The position numbers and the translations under genes were made by a program. Positions 10,141 to 21,480 of a stretch of 64,000 bases of DNA are shown piece by piece. The stretch lies in assembly GCA_963705505.1 (NCBI GenBank), contig CAVPJU010000006.1:288001-352000 (forward strand), in the 5' to 3' direction. Position 1 is the stretch's first letter, and each line of letters starts with the position of its first letter. Origin of the DNA: an uncultured bacterium (GTDB lineage: Bacteria > Desulfobacterota_D > UBA1144 > Nemesobacterales > UBA2774). The notes beneath the pieces were generated by a model. The model saw only the letters and a program-made list of their open reading frames with translations, was not told where the DNA came from and did no database searches.

Positions 10141-12276
10141 TCAGCTCCCCAATTCCTCAAGGGATATGTCCTCGTAATGCGTAATTTTATTTTTGCCATG
10201 ATTTTTCGATTCGTAGAGCGCCCGGTCCGCTTTTTCAATCAGCAATTCCTTGTCGGCTGCACATTGGGGATAGGTCGCAATACCGATGCTGAGCGAGACC
10301 ACTATATCCCCGGAATCGGATTTGAGAGAGATCCTCTTCAGCTTGCTCCTTACTTTTTCGGCAACCGCGATCGATCCGCTCTTATTGGTGTTCGGGAGAA
10401 TCACGGCGAATTCGTCGCCGCCGTACCTGGCGGGTATATCTACTTTCCTCAACGACTCGCGCAATAAATTTCCGATCGAGGACAGCACGGTGTCGCCCGC
10501 CTGATGGCCGTAGGTGTCGTTTATAATTTTCAAATCGTCCACGTCAACGAGTAAGAGAGAGGCCTCCGTCGAGAACCTGTCGGAATGAACGAGCGTATAT
10601 GAAAGCATTTCCTGAAAATGCCTGTGATTATACAACCCGGTAAGCCCGTCCCTGATAGCGAGCTCCTTTACCTTCTGGAAATTGAGGGACGAGGTTATGG
10701 CCTTGGACGATTCACGGCAGATAATTTTTGCAAGACTGATCTCGCCCTCGTTAAAGGGGTTTTTGGCCCTCCTGCCGATAACGACACAGCCGAGGACAGC
10801 CTGATTATTATTCTCGAGGTCCTGAAAAGTTTCGTGGAACGGATAGATCAGCACCGACTTTATAGTCTTGATACCGAGTGCAAAATCGATTTCCTTTCCG
10901 AAAACGCTTCTGTATTTCGCCCTTGCAGAGATATCGTCGAAGTGAAAGTGGTTTCCGCTCTCCGCGACGAGTCCGATGAGAGTATCGCCGTGCGGAATCT
11001 GTTTATCCTCCAGATGCTCCTTCATCCCTTCGCTCGCCCTCTTGAGATAACTATATCCCCCCTCTTTATCCACAAGCGATACGCCCACGAAATCGGCCTC
11101 GAATATCCTCAGCAGCGTATCGATAATGTGATCCAGAATTACGTCGACATCGCTTGTTGAATTGAGCCTCTGAGTAAAATCGTAGAACGAATTGAGCTCC
11201 TGGGAGCTGAGATTGACCTTCTCCGAAAGCTGGAACCTGTCTATGGTTTCGACTATTCTGTCCGAAATGAGCGACACGATCAGCTTTTCCTTGTCACCGA
11301 ATGCCTCCTGCTGAAGACTATCGACTACGAGCATGCCGAATATGCTTTCGCCCCCTTCAGTCTTGTCCCTATCCCCCTTAAAAAAGAGCGGGGTTGCAAG
11401 TAAGGATTTAACCGGCAGGTTTTTATTGTAATATATGAGATTTTTCCTGACGTTCTTTATACTGGTTATGAGAACCTGGGTCTTAGTCTTTAATACCCAG
11501 CCCAGATAACCTCCGCGGAAGTTGAGCCTCTGACCCCTGTCAACATAATCCTTGCTCTTGGATATAAAATCCGCTATAGCATAAAGCCCGTCGTCCATTT
11601 TCATGTAGAGCACGACACTGTGATTCGGAACGAGCTCGCAGAGTATGCCGAGAGACCTCCTTATCTCATTCTTAAGCTCTTTAACGCTGAACGGCTCGTT
11701 CTTTTCGTCTTTTTCAGCGTTCCCGGATATGAGTGCGGGAAGGATTACATCTTTTCCCCTGTTTCTCTGAAATATATAAGAACCCAGCCGCTCCTTATTG
11801 CCTTTAAGCAAAAACCCGATTACAACAGTCGTAATCAGAAGCAGTGAAAGCTGAACCGGAGTCCCTATTCCCATATGCAGAGTTATCTGAATAATTGAGA
11901 TAACAAGGAAAGAGAGGCTCCCCCCCGCCCATCCGAAGAAGTAAATGAGAACAGGGACCATCAAAAACGATATGGGGAAAACATCGTTTCCGAATATCTC
12001 CAGTATGACTTCAAACAGAAGTGTATAAAGCAGAGAGAACTCGAGCCTGTCCAATACAGGGATATCTTGAAAACCTGCTCTTATATAATTAAGCGTCCTG
12101 TAGCCGACGGTGGAGATTAAAAACAGAGTTACCAGAACCGAGTAAAAATTAAGCGAGTGAAAGCTGTCCTTATATATAAGTATGAATATCAGTGCGGAGA
12201 GTAGTACAATAAATACCTTGCCGAGTAAAAAATTCGAGTATGTGATCTTATTCTTTAAATCTGTATATTTTTTCAC
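10141..12276 (-). CDS. Membrane-anchored diguanylate cyclase (TM-GAF-GAF-GGDEF)
   Basis: N-terminal hydrophobic helices, two GAF-like segments, DGLTGLYN, RKVD I-site and RYGGDEF. Confidence 0.9.
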   Translation of the reverse strand: MKKYTDLKNKITYSNFLLGKVFIVLLSALIFILIYKDSFHSLNFYSVLVTLFLISTVGYRTLNYIRAGFQDIPVLDRLEFSLLYTLLFEVILEIFGNDVFPISFLMVPVLIYFFGWAGGSLSFLVISIIQITLHMGIGTPVQLSLLLITTVVIGFLLKGNKERLGSYIFQRNRGKDVILPALISGNAEKDEKNEPFSVKELKNEIRRSLGILCELVPNHSVVLYMKMDDGLYAIADFISKSKDYVDRGQRLNFRGGYLGWVLKTKTQVLITSIKNVRKNLIYYNKNLPVKSLLATPLFFKGDRDKTEGGESIFGMLVVDSLQQEAFGDKEKLIVSLISDRIVETIDRFQLSEKVNLSSQELNSFYDFTQRLNSTSDVDVILDHIIDTLLRIFEADFVGVSLVDKEGGYSYLKRASEGMKEHLEDKQIPHGDTLIGLVAESGNHFHFDDISARAKYRSVFGKEIDFALGIKTIKSVLIYPFHETFQDLENNNQAVLGCVVIGRRAKNPFNEGEISLAKIICRESSKAITSSLNFQKVKELAIRDGLTGLYNHRHFQEMLSYTLVHSDRFSTEASLLLVDVDDLKIINDTYGHQAGDTVLSSIGNLLRESLRKVDIPARYGGDEFAVILPNTNKSGSIAVAEKVRSKLKRISLKSDSGDIVVSLSIGIATYPQCAADKELLIEKADRALYESKNHGKNKITHYEDISLEELGS

Positions 12277-12517
12277 CTGTTTTGATCATCCCCAGCTCTT
12301 CTCTGATGATTTTTCCCATATAAATCTTGTCCTTTTTTATCAAGTCTATTCTCTTCCTGAGTTCGTTGTTCGCCGCCTCCAGCTCCTTTCCCTCCATCTT
12401 GACCTTATCGTTCTCCCTGTGGAGGGCATAAACCTGCGAAATTTCCCTGGCAAATAGATATACCAGAAACGATGCAACTGCCAGTATCAATATAATTCTG
12501 AATATCAGCCTTTCCAA
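12248..12517 (-). CDS. ftsB: Septum formation initiator, FtsB/DivIC family
   Basis: TM helix, coiled coil, and REELGMIKTGEKIY. Confidence 0.8.
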   Translation of the reverse strand: MERLIFRIILILAVASFLVYLFAREISQVYALHRENDKVKMEGKELEAANNELRKRIDLIKKDKIYMGKIIREELGMIKTGEKIYRFKE

Positions 12518-12518
12518 T

Positions 12519-13163
12519 CTATAAAATAATCAAATCGCCCGTCAAAAAGGGATTCGATCTCCTCTCTATTCCGATAGTTGTTGAGGGTCCGTGTCCGGGG
12601 TGGACGTCGTAGGAGTCCGGAAGAACCATAAGCTTTGTCTTGATGGAGCGGACAAGCTCTCTCATGGATGTACCCCCGGTAAGGTCCACCCTGCCGACAC
12701 TCCCTGCAAAAAGGGTATCCCCCGTTATGACCTGGTCATCTATTACGAGACAGATGCTTCCCCAGGTGTGGCCGGGAGTGTGCAGCACCTTCGCTCTCAG
12801 GTTTCCAATCTCTATTTCATCCCCCTCCTCGATATAACCCTCTATCTCGGGAACCTTTACGTCGCCGAACTGGGGGAACCTCATCGCGGATTCGGGAAGC
12901 GCCTGCAGGACCGGCTCCTCCTCCGGGTGTATATAAAATCCCACTCCCAAAGCTTTCTTCGCCTCTACCGCTCCCGCTACATGATCTATGTGAGTATGCG
13001 TATTGACGATCTTCGTGATATCCAGACCCGATCTCTTTACCTCCGCCAGGATGTCCTCGATCTGCTCGCCCGGGTCAATGAGAATCGCCTCGTTCGTCTC
13101 TTCGTCTCCTATGATGTAGCAATTGGTTAAAAAAATGCCTCCGGGAATGCATTTAATTATCAT
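12519..13163 (-). CDS. MBL-fold metallo-hydrolase (glyoxalase II-like)
   Basis: THTHIDH, HTPGHT, GDTLF, PGHG. Confidence 0.9.
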   Translation of the reverse strand: MIIKCIPGGIFLTNCYIIGDEETNEAILIDPGEQIEDILAEVKRSGLDITKIVNTHTHIDHVAGAVEAKKALGVGFYIHPEEEPVLQALPESAMRFPQFGDVKVPEIEGYIEEGDEIEIGNLRAKVLHTPGHTWGSICLVIDDQVITGDTLFAGSVGRVDLTGGTSMRELVRSIKTKLMVLPDSYDVHPGHGPSTTIGIERRSNPFLTGDLIIL

Positions 13164-13184
13164 TTTTTAATCTCACCGCCGCCG

Positions 13185-13460
13185 CTATTCGACCGTGAAT
13201 TCGGAAAATTCATCCAGAAAGCGCTCCCATTCTATTTCTACGTTATTAACCACAGCATGTCTCGGGCCCATATGAGACCATGCTACAAGCTTATCGAGTT
13301 CTTCTCTCAAACCTTCCGCCACCACTTCGACGGAACCGTCAGGGTTATTCCTCACCCAGCCTTTAAGTCCGAACTCTCTCGCCTTATCCATAGTCGATGC
13401 TCTGAAGAATACCCCCTGAACCCTCCCTTGAATTTTAAGGCGCACTCTGCTTTTGGACAT
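13185..13460 (-). CDS. acyP: Acylphosphatase
   Basis: GRVQGVFFR, GWVRNNPDGSVE. Confidence 0.95.
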   Translation of the reverse strand: MSKSRVRLKIQGRVQGVFFRASTMDKAREFGLKGWVRNNPDGSVEVVAEGLREELDKLVAWSHMGPRHAVVNNVEIEWERFLDEFSEFTVE

Positions 13461-13471
13461 TTCATAAGCTC

Positions 13472-13500
13472 AGATTACCAAAACGCCGATTTTGTGTCAA
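13472..13500 (-). promoter_or_regulatory. Sigma70-type promoter of the acyP-MBL-ftsB-DGC run
   Basis: TTGACA-17 nt-TAATCT, 11 nt before the acyP ATG. Confidence 0.6.
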
Positions 13501-13678
13501 TTAATACACAGCGCTCACCGTAAATTTCATAATTCCCAGAATACTTATGATCTAATTTTTAGAACTTCCTTTAATTATACACACTACACCAATTCTGTAA
13601 AAATTACCAGTAACAACAAGCATCAATTATATAAGAGATCCCGATTCATCGGCAATGGCGGACTCGACACGGCTATGT

Positions 13679-13707
13679 TTGACAGTCAAAATCCGAAGGG
13701 GTATTTT
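13679..13707 (+). promoter_or_regulatory. Sigma70-type promoter of thrC
   Basis: TTGACA-17 nt-TATTTT, 8 nt before ATG 13716, no SD. Confidence 0.55.
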
Positions 13708-13715
13708 GTTTATCT

Positions 13716-15050
13716 ATGAGTAAATACAGGGCCTGGTTCAGCTGTATAGATGAAGACTGCGGTGAAACATACCCTCTTAATGAAATAATTTACCGCTGCA
13801 GACGGTGCGGAAGCCTCCTGGAAGTAACACACGATATCGATACGCTGAAGGAAAAATCCGCGCAGGAATGGAAAAACCTGTTCGATAACCGCTACCGGAG
13901 GCAATCCTGGCCTTACGGGAGCTCCGTCTGGGGAAAGAAAGAGTGGGTATGCCCCTATGTGGATGACGACAACATAGTCTCGATGTATGAAGGGGCGACT
14001 AACCTCTTTTGGGCGGAAAGGTTCGGGAACCAGATAAAATTAGAAGACATATGGATAAAAATGTGCGGCAACAGCCATACCGGGTCGTTCAAGGACCTGG
14101 GCATGACGGTGCTCGTATCGGTTGTCAACCAGATGAAAGCCGAGGGCAAGGACGTACCGGCTGTGGCCTGCGCATCTACGGGAGATACGTCTGCGGCGCT
14201 TGCGGCCTATTGCGCATCGGCGGGTATTCCGGCGATCGTCTTCTTACCTAAAGACAAGGTCTCCATCGCCCAGCTCGTACAGCCCATATCTAACGGCGCC
14301 CTCGTATTGTCGCTCGACACGGACTTCGACGGATGCATGGAAATGGTGCAGAAGGTTTGCACGGAAAATAACATTTACCTTGCAAATTCCATAAACTCAC
14401 TCCGTATAGAGGGGCAAAAGACGATAAGCATCGAGCTCTGCCAGCAGTTTGACTGGGAGGTGCCGGACTGGATCATAATTCCCGGCGGCAACCTGGGCAA
14501 CATATCGGCGCTGGGGAAGGGGTTTTTGGTTATGAAGGAGCTGGGGCTTATCGACAAGCTCCCGAGACTGGTGTGCGCACAGGCCGAGCACGCTAACCCC
14601 CTTTACCTGAGCTATCTGAAAAATTTCGAGGAATTCCATCCGGTCAAAGCCCAGAAAACCCTGGCAAACGCAATCCAGATCGGAAACCCCGTAAGCGTGA
14701 ACAAGGCCATCAGGATACTCAAGGAGTTCGACGGTATAGTGGAGCAGGCGAGCGAAGACGAGCTTTCGAACGCCGCGGCGCTCGTCGACAAAACCGGGAC
14801 GTTCAACTGCCCTCACACCGGAGTCGCGCTTGCGGCCTTCCTCAAGCTGCACGAGAGAAAAATTTTTAAACCCACCGACAGAATCGTGATTATTTCAACA
14901 GCGCACGGCCTCAAGTTCGTCGAGTTCAAGATCGGTTATCACAAGGGCGAGCTCGAGGGCGTATTCTCCAAATACGCGAACAGACCCGTTGAGCTCCCGC
15001 CTGACTATAACGCGGTGACCGACGCGATATTCAAAGCTATCGGGAAATAG
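13716..15050 (+). CDS. thrC: Threonine synthase
   Basis: [11 protein letters not shown] (PLP lysine), [25 protein letters not shown]. Confidence 0.95.
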   Translation: MSKYRAWFSCIDEDCGETYPLNEIIYRCRRCGSLLEVTHDIDTLKEKSAQEWKNLFDNRYRRQSWPYGSSVWGKKEWVCPYVDDDNIVSMYEGATNLFWAERFGNQIKLEDIWIKMCGNSHTGSFKDLGMTVLVSVVNQMKAEGKDVPAVACASTGDTSAALAAYCASAGIPAIVFLPKDKVSIAQLVQPISNGALVLSLDTDFDGCMEMVQKVCTENNIYLANSINSLRIEGQKTISIELCQQFDWEVPDWIIIPGGNLGNISALGKGFLVMKELGLIDKLPRLVCAQAEHANPLYLSYLKNFEEFHPVKAQKTLANAIQIGNPVSVNKAIRILKEFDGIVEQASEDELSNAAALVDKTGTFNCPHTGVALAAFLKLHERKIFKPTDRIVIISTAHGLKFVEFKIGYHKGELEGVFSKYANRPVELPPDYNAVTDAIFKAIGK

Positions 15051-15125
15051 CAACGATACCGGATGGAAGAATTAAAAGGGCTTCGGAAAGTCCGTCCTGC
15101 ATAGCGCGTTATCCGGGGTTAGAAA

Positions 15126-16004
15126 TCAGCCTCCGAACCTCATCATCATATCCAGAACAAAATCGACGTTCGCGAAATCACTTATCTCATCGCTCCCGAA
15201 AGGTACCTGCACTCCCGCCCCGAAACTGAACATCCGCCCGCCGAACCTCACGCCCGGCGTGACATACGCGCCTGTCACGTTATTATCGAACGACGTTGAC
15301 GACGCCATCAAGAGCTCGACGAGAAACGAAGTGGAGAAGGGGAGGTTAAAATGAGGCGTAACGCTTCCGCTTATACCATATTTGAGAATAAGCTCGGTAT
15401 TATCGCCGCCGGTATCAAAGGGGCTCTCGTCCGCGTGCTTCGCGTTCGTCATAATATCGAAATCAAAATTCGCCTGGAGGGCGAAAACATCGCCGCCTAT
15501 TGCGAATACGCCGTAGGGTACGAATGTATAGGCGTCGTCGGTAAAGTAAGCGAAATCACGGAAATAGGATCGCGCGCCCAGCGCCCCTAAATTATTTCCG
15601 GTCGTCGGCAGGAGGACCTCAAAGCCGAGCGTGAACGCCGAGTTGTTGGAGCTCACGAGGGCATACTTCGTTCCGAGTCCGATATTCCCGAAGTCATAAT
15701 CGCCGTTTCCGAACACCCCGCTCGTCACGCCTGAAAAGGGGAACTTCGCATATATCCCGAAATAGTTATCGGATAAATTCAGGTCCGCTCTCAGCTGATT
15801 CATAATGAGCGCTCCCCCTCCGTCAACTGACGCGATTTCGAGATTCCCCCTCACTCCCGTCACGCTGTAGGGGTGTTCGAGGAAAAACGAGTAGGGGATT
15901 CCGCTGCTCGCCGCGCTTGCTCTATTTATAGGTGTGATTAGAATTGAAGATAATATGCAGATGGATAAAATCAGAGTCGAAATTGACACCTTCACCGTCC
16001 TCAT
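15126..16004 (-). CDS. Putative outer-membrane beta-barrel protein
   Basis: Signal peptide, alternating hydrophobic strands, FGNIGLGTKY...LLPT pattern, near-terminal Phe. Confidence 0.65.
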   Translation of the reverse strand: MRTVKVSISTLILSICILSSILITPINRASAASSGIPYSFFLEHPYSVTGVRGNLEIASVDGGGALIMNQLRADLNLSDNYFGIYAKFPFSGVTSGVFGNGDYDFGNIGLGTKYALVSSNNSAFTLGFEVLLPTTGNNLGALGARSYFRDFAYFTDDAYTFVPYGVFAIGGDVFALQANFDFDIMTNAKHADESPFDTGGDNTELILKYGISGSVTPHFNLPFSTSFLVELLMASSTSFDNNVTGAYVTPGVRFGGRMFSFGAGVQVPFGSDEISDFANVDFVLDMMMRFGG

Positions 16005-16210
16005 TTTGCCTCTACCTCCTCTTAATTTGCTAAAATTTTATAATATCCTCTAAAATATTTCAAACTGTTTCTAATATTACGCCATAACAATCCGGCATTA
16101 CATATTATTATGCGAATGATGCGCATTATTTAGAGAACTTTTGGTGAACGGCTAAAATGCTTTATGCCACATTTGCACAAATACCAAAACCCCGATAAAT
16201 TTCTAATGTT

Positions 16211-16858
16211 ATGAAGCATATGCTGAAAGGGCTATACGTAATCACGGATAAGAAGCTCATACCCAGGGACAAGTTCGTGACGACAGTGGAAAAGGCCATA
16301 AAGGGTGGCGCAAACGTAGTTCAATTAAGGGAAAAAGATACACCCGGGGATGAGGTCCTTAAGCTCGGAGAAGCCCTGCTGAAATTGACAAAAAAATACG
16401 GAGTTCCATTAATAATCAATGATTCTATAGAGTTAGCACAGGAGATAGGGGCCGACGGAGTGCATCTGGGCGAAGACGACCCACAGGTAGCTCATGCAAG
16501 GGAAGTACTAGGCAGCGATAAAATAATCGGCGTTTCGTGCTACGGTAAGATCGAAAGGGGATTGAACGCCGAAAGAGAAGGGGCCGATTATGTAGCCTTC
16601 GGGACCCCGTTCTTCACTCCCACCAAACCGGAAAGGACCCCTACTTCGTTCGATGTCCTGAGAGAGGCCGTTTCAAAAATAAAAAGTATTCCCATTTTTG
16701 CGATCGGAGGTATAACCCCTGAAAACGCCGATTCGGTCCTCGAAACCGGCGTCGATGGCATCGCTGTCATCACAGGCGTATTCGGATCAGATGACCCGGA
16801 AAAAGCCGCGAGGAATCTGGCAGAGATAGCTAAGAAACATTTGAGTAAAAGGAATTAA
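16211..16858 (+). CDS. thiE: Thiamine-phosphate synthase
   Basis: LYVIT, VQLREK, IIND, DGVHLG, TPTKP, AIGGIT. Confidence 0.95.
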   Translation: MKHMLKGLYVITDKKLIPRDKFVTTVEKAIKGGANVVQLREKDTPGDEVLKLGEALLKLTKKYGVPLIINDSIELAQEIGADGVHLGEDDPQVAHAREVLGSDKIIGVSCYGKIERGLNAEREGADYVAFGTPFFTPTKPERTPTSFDVLREAVSKIKSIPIFAIGGITPENADSVLETGVDGIAVITGVFGSDDPEKAARNLAEIAKKHLSKRN

Positions 16859-16872
16859 CTTGAGAGAGCATA

Positions 16873-19359
16873 TTACACCACAATGTTAACCAATTTTTTC
16901 GGAACTATAATCACTTTCTTAGGCTCCTTTCCCGCTATATAACTCTTTACCTTCTCGTCGGCAAACGCGGCTTCCTTCATCTCCTCCTCGCCTATATCCG
17001 CATCCATCGTGAGCTGCCCCCTCACCTTCCCGTTCACCTGCACGACCACCGTTATCGCGGCGCCGGCCACGAGCTCTTTATTCCACTCGAGCCAGGGTTC
17101 ATCGACGAGCGATCCGTCGTATCCAAGCTCACTCCAGAGCTCCTCAGACACATGGGGGGCAATCGGGTAAAGGAGCCTCACCATTGCTTCGACCGCCTCC
17201 CTCACAACCTTCATATCCTCGCCGCTCGCGGGTTCGAAACGGGACGTATCGTTTAGAAGCTCCATAATTGCAGCAATTGCAGTATTGAACTGAAACTTTT
17301 CCAGGTCGTACGTAACCTTCTTTATCGTCTTATGCACGCCGGTGAGGAAATCTTTGCCGGGGCCGGATATTTTTTTCAGGTCGGGGGCTTTGCCCTTGAG
17401 GGGTTCGATTTTCGGGAACCTGTCGGAAACGAGCCGCCAGAGCCTGTTTAGAAACCTGAACGCGCCTTCTATCCCCTCATCGCTCCAGTCGAGGTCTTTC
17501 TGCACGGGGGCGGCAAAGAGCATGAAGACCCTCACCGTGTCGGCGCCATATTTTCTTATCATATCGTCAGGGTCGACGATGTTGCCGACGGACTTCGACA
17601 TCTTTGCGCCGTCCTTTATCACCATCCCCTGAGTGAGGAGGTTCGTAAACGGCTCGTCGAGGTTACACATCCCTAAATCTCTCAACACTTTCGTGTAGAA
17701 CCTCGCATATAAAAGGTGGAGTATTGCGTGCTCGATCCCTCCAATGTACCTGTCCACGGGAAGCCAGTACCCGACCTCCTTCCTGTCGAACATACCCTTA
17801 CTATAGTGAGGGGATGCGTACCTGAGGAAGTACCATGAGGACTCGACGAACGTGTCCATCGTGTCCGTCTCGCGCCGTGCCTTACCGCCGCACTTCGGGC
17901 ATACGGTATTTACGAAGCTCTCCGCTTTCGATAGCGGCGACCCGCCCTTCCCCGTGAACTCTATATCGAGCGGAAGCTCCACAGGGAGATCCTCGTCGGG
18001 AACGGGAACAACGCCGCACGTTTCGCAATAGACGATCGGTATGGGCGCGCCCCAGTACCTCTGCCGCGAAATCCCCCAGTCCCTGAGTCTGTAATTGACC
18101 CTTCTTATCCCGATCTTCTTTTTCTCTATAAATTCAATTATTTTTTCTTTGCCGGCTTCTGAAGGCAGTCCTGAGAACTGCCCCGAATTGACCATAACGC
18201 CGGGGTCTTCATAGGCTTCGGTCATATCCTCCGGGCGGAGCTCCGTTCCTTCCGGCTGTATTACCGGCATTATGGGAAGGCCGTACTCCCTGGCGAACTC
18301 GAAGTCCCTCTGGTCGTGTGCCGGGACGCACATTATGATTCCTGTCCCGTACTCGATGAGCACAAAATTGGCTATGTATATCGGGACGCGGAGACCGTTG
18401 AAAGGATTTATGGCGAAAGCACCGGTGAAGACGCCCTCTTTTTTCGCCCCTTCGGCTATCCTTTCGAGGCTGCTCTGTTTCGTGACCCTTTTTATAAATT
18501 CGAGCGCCTGCTTCTCTTCGGATTTACCTTTGATTAGCTCAGCCGCAAGAGGATGCTCGGGCGCGATGCTCATATACGTGACGCCGAAGACGGTATCGGG
18601 GCGTGTCGTGAATATCCTGAGGCTCTTTTCACCACCGACGGGCGTTTCAAGAGGGAAATCAATCTCCGCGCCTGTGCTCTTGCCGATCCAGTTCTTCTGC
18701 ATGGCGAGAACCCTCTCGGGCCAGCCGTCTTTCAGCTTTTCGGTCCATTCGAGCAGCTCCTCGGTATATTCAGTCGTCTTGAAAAACCACCCCTCCATGA
18801 CTTTCAATTCGACTACGGAGCCGCAGCGCCAGCAGAGCCCGTCCTCAACCTGCTCGTTCGCAAGCACTGTCTCGCACGAAGGGCACCAGTTGACCGTCGT
18901 CGATTTCCGGTACGCAAGCCCCTTCTCGTACATCCGCGTGAATACCATCTGCTCCCATTTGTAGTATGACGGGTCGCAGGTGGCAATCTCCCTCGTCCAG
19001 TCGTAGCTGAAGCCGAGCTGCTTAAGCTGCGCCTTCATCTGCGTGATATTCTCATAAGTCCACTTGGCGGGGTGCACGCCCCGGGCGATCGCGGCGTTCT
19101 CGGCGGGGAGCCCGAACGCGTCCCACCCGATCGGATGAAGCACGTTATACCCCATCGTGCGCTTGTACCGCGCGACGACGTCCCCTATCGTGTAGTTCCT
19201 GACGTGGCCCATGTGTATGCGGCCGGAAGGGTACGGGAACATCTCGAGGACATAGTATTTCTCCCTGTCCTTCTCCGCCCGGACCTCGTACATTTTTTTA
19301 TCGTCCCAGATGTCCCGCCACTTCTTTTCTATCTCTTCCGGTTTATAGCTCTCTTTCAT
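16873..19359 (-). CDS. leuS: Leucine--tRNA ligase
   Basis: [18 protein letters not shown]; 828 aa. Confidence 0.97.
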   Translation of the reverse strand: MKESYKPEEIEKKWRDIWDDKKMYEVRAEKDREKYYVLEMFPYPSGRIHMGHVRNYTIGDVVARYKRTMGYNVLHPIGWDAFGLPAENAAIARGVHPAKWTYENITQMKAQLKQLGFSYDWTREIATCDPSYYKWEQMVFTRMYEKGLAYRKSTTVNWCPSCETVLANEQVEDGLCWRCGSVVELKVMEGWFFKTTEYTEELLEWTEKLKDGWPERVLAMQKNWIGKSTGAEIDFPLETPVGGEKSLRIFTTRPDTVFGVTYMSIAPEHPLAAELIKGKSEEKQALEFIKRVTKQSSLERIAEGAKKEGVFTGAFAINPFNGLRVPIYIANFVLIEYGTGIIMCVPAHDQRDFEFAREYGLPIMPVIQPEGTELRPEDMTEAYEDPGVMVNSGQFSGLPSEAGKEKIIEFIEKKKIGIRRVNYRLRDWGISRQRYWGAPIPIVYCETCGVVPVPDEDLPVELPLDIEFTGKGGSPLSKAESFVNTVCPKCGGKARRETDTMDTFVESSWYFLRYASPHYSKGMFDRKEVGYWLPVDRYIGGIEHAILHLLYARFYTKVLRDLGMCNLDEPFTNLLTQGMVIKDGAKMSKSVGNIVDPDDMIRKYGADTVRVFMLFAAPVQKDLDWSDEGIEGAFRFLNRLWRLVSDRFPKIEPLKGKAPDLKKISGPGKDFLTGVHKTIKKVTYDLEKFQFNTAIAAIMELLNDTSRFEPASGEDMKVVREAVEAMVRLLYPIAPHVSEELWSELGYDGSLVDEPWLEWNKELVAGAAITVVVQVNGKVRGQLTMDADIGEEEMKEAAFADEKVKSYIAGKEPKKVIIVPKKLVNIVV

Positions 19360-19501
19360 CGCGCGCTCGTCGACTCCGGTCGTTTATAATAAGGATAGAA
19401 ATATTTACCATAACCGGAGGCTTTGGACAAAGAATACGGATATTTTCGGGATATGGATTTTTCGGTCTAAACAGTGTTAATTATAGTAGGTATCGACCGA
19501 C

Positions 19502-20305
19502 ATGAGCCGTGAATCAGAGCTGAAAGGGATTATCGAGGACTTAAAGAGGCACCTCGAATTTCAGAAATACATGGGGGTCGGGAGAGTCCCGATAGAAAAA
19601 AAGGCTAAAGAAGAAACCATCCCGAAAGCTCCGGAGAAAGAACCCGTGAGAACACAGACGAAAGCGCCGGTCAAGGCCGGAGAGAAGGACGGCGTTATAA
19701 TAATAGAGCAGCAGTTCGACATATTCGACGCCTCCGCTAAAAAAATGACCCTTGAGGAAATAAGGGAGGAGATAGGCGACTGCACCCGGTGCAAGCTCCA
19801 CGAGGGGAGGACGAAGCTCGTATTCGGGGAAGGGAATCCCAAGGCGAGGCTCGTATTCGTCGGCGAAGGGCCGGGGAGGGATGAGGACTTGCAGGGACGC
19901 CCTTTTGTCGGCAGGGCCGGTCAGCTCCTCAACAAAATCATAGAGGCGATGGGGCTCAAGAGGGAGGACGTATATATATGCAACGTGGTGAAGTGCCGCC
20001 CGCCGGATAACAGGACGCCCGAGCCCGACGAGATGGCGACATGCGAGCAATTCCTCTTTAAGCAGATAAGGGCGATAGACCCGGTAGTTATAGTGTGTCT
20101 CGGGAGCACGGCCGCACAGTCGGTGCTTAAATCGAAGCTCAGCCTCGGGAGCCTCCGCGGGAAGTTCCATCAGTTCGGAAGAGCGAAACTTATGGTAACT
20201 TATCATCCTGCGGCGCTTCTCCGGAATCCGAATTTCAAGAAGCCGCTCTGGGAAGATATGCAGGTAGTGATGAAGGAGCTTGGAATTTCAAAACCGGGCG
20301 ATTAG
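19502..20305 (+). CDS. Family 4 uracil-DNA glycosylase (4Fe-4S)
   Basis: CTRCKL, GEGPG, KCRPP, TYHPAALLR. Confidence 0.93.
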   Translation: MSRESELKGIIEDLKRHLEFQKYMGVGRVPIEKKAKEETIPKAPEKEPVRTQTKAPVKAGEKDGVIIIEQQFDIFDASAKKMTLEEIREEIGDCTRCKLHEGRTKLVFGEGNPKARLVFVGEGPGRDEDLQGRPFVGRAGQLLNKIIEAMGLKREDVYICNVVKCRPPDNRTPEPDEMATCEQFLFKQIRAIDPVVIVCLGSTAAQSVLKSKLSLGSLRGKFHQFGRAKLMVTYHPAALLRNPNFKKPLWEDMQVVMKELGISKPGD

Positions 20306-20371
20306 CTCAGTGGATAGAGCGCAGGCCTCCGAAGCCTGAGGCCGGGGGTTCGAGTCCCCCATCGCCCGCCA
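20296..20371 (+). tRNA. tRNA-Arg(CCG)
   Basis: GGGCGAT/ATCGCCC acceptor stem, GCTC/GAGC D arm, CAGGC-CT CCG AA-GCCTG anticodon arm, GGGGG-TTCGAGT-CCCCC T arm, encoded CCA. Confidence 0.96.
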
Positions 20372-20671
20372 TAGTTTACCGAATATATAATTTTTATATG
20401 TGTTAGTCGATGCTATCTCCTGATATCAACTGCAGGATGCATTTTTTTCATGATTAGATCAGCATCTGCATAAGCGGATTGGACTATGGAAACACAGATC
20501 ATATGAGACGAAAATCGACTATGCGTTGAAAAAAAGAACTGTGAATTATATTAGAAAGGAATACATTTTGCGAACACTATATCTTTACAGGTAAGCATAT
20601 AGGCAGATGTCGATGTCTCATCAGGTTTAGAAATATGGATATCGTATTCGATTGGAAAATTAAACCTACTC

Positions 20672-21090
20672 TTAAGAATTAAGTAGAATCCTTCCTCCTA
20701 AACCGAATTCCAATAACTTTAAGAGCATAAGTATAATTACAAGTAAAGCGCTAAGACACCAGATAACAGAAAATATAAGATTAGTACGATGAAGTGAATG
20801 TATTTCCCGTGATAATTGATCGTCCTCTTAGTTTGATTTTATGGCGAACCGTTTCTAATTCATCTTTTATTCCATTTAACTGCGATTGGCCTGCCTTAGT
20901 CATTAGATTATATTCGACGAAAGCATCTGAGAATGCATGTAAGTATTCTTTGCGTTCGGCTCTTGAAGCAGTAGCGTTTGCAAGTACCTCTAAGATACTT
21001 CCGAAGATCGATGGAGCCGAAAATGGCCCATTTTCTACAGATGCAAGAACTATGGCGATGATTTGGCTTCTTTGAATAGATATGGCAATT
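20672..21090 (-). pseudogene. Remnant of a coiled-coil protein with a C-terminal membrane anchor
   Basis: The frame QRSQIIAIVLASVENG...KDELETVRHKIK continues after a frameshift as QLSREIHSLHRTNLIFSVIWCLSALLVIILMLLKLL; in-frame stops upstream. Confidence 0.4.
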
Positions 21091-21324
21091 TACGAGAATT
21101 AATTGTTTGAAGCTACCTGGCATCGATTTCCGCCAATTCATATAAATAGCAGGCAAGCCTGTTTTGCATTCATTCATACGATCAGATTTGGATAGTTTAA
21201 GATTCGTTTACATAGCAGACGAATGCTCAGGAAATATACTGCCGAGTCGATTATTAGATCTGAACAATCAAAGAATGTACCTATAATGCATCTATTAAGC
21301 GTATTGATTTGAAAACACGAATAA

Positions 21325-21480
21325 TTATATGCTTACCACTCGCGTATATTGATACTCTTCCGGGAGCGATTGAATTTGATTCTCAATATCCGGAAGATGT
21401 TCCAACTGGATAAAAGAGTATCCTATTACACCAAGAAAGAATGTGACAAATGCCAATGCTAATTTTTGAGTACCATCCAT
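21325..21480 (-). CDS. Possible 51-aa single-TM small protein or gene fragment
   Basis: Manual translation MDGTQKLALAFVTFFLGVIGYSFIQLEHLPDIENQIQSLPEEYQYTRVVSI*. Confidence 0.35.
   Translation of the reverse strand: MDGTQKLALAFVTFFLGVIGYSFIQLEHLPDIENQIQSLPEEYQYTRVVSI

Noticed and set aside
16005..16210. TPP riboswitch upstream of thiE
   Set aside because: AT-rich with no aptamer motifs; the promoter sits right before the ATG.
20794..21177. 93-aa (+) and 89-aa (-) ORFs in the islet as intact genes
   Set aside because: No recognisable motifs; better explained as alternative frames of a decayed minus-strand gene.
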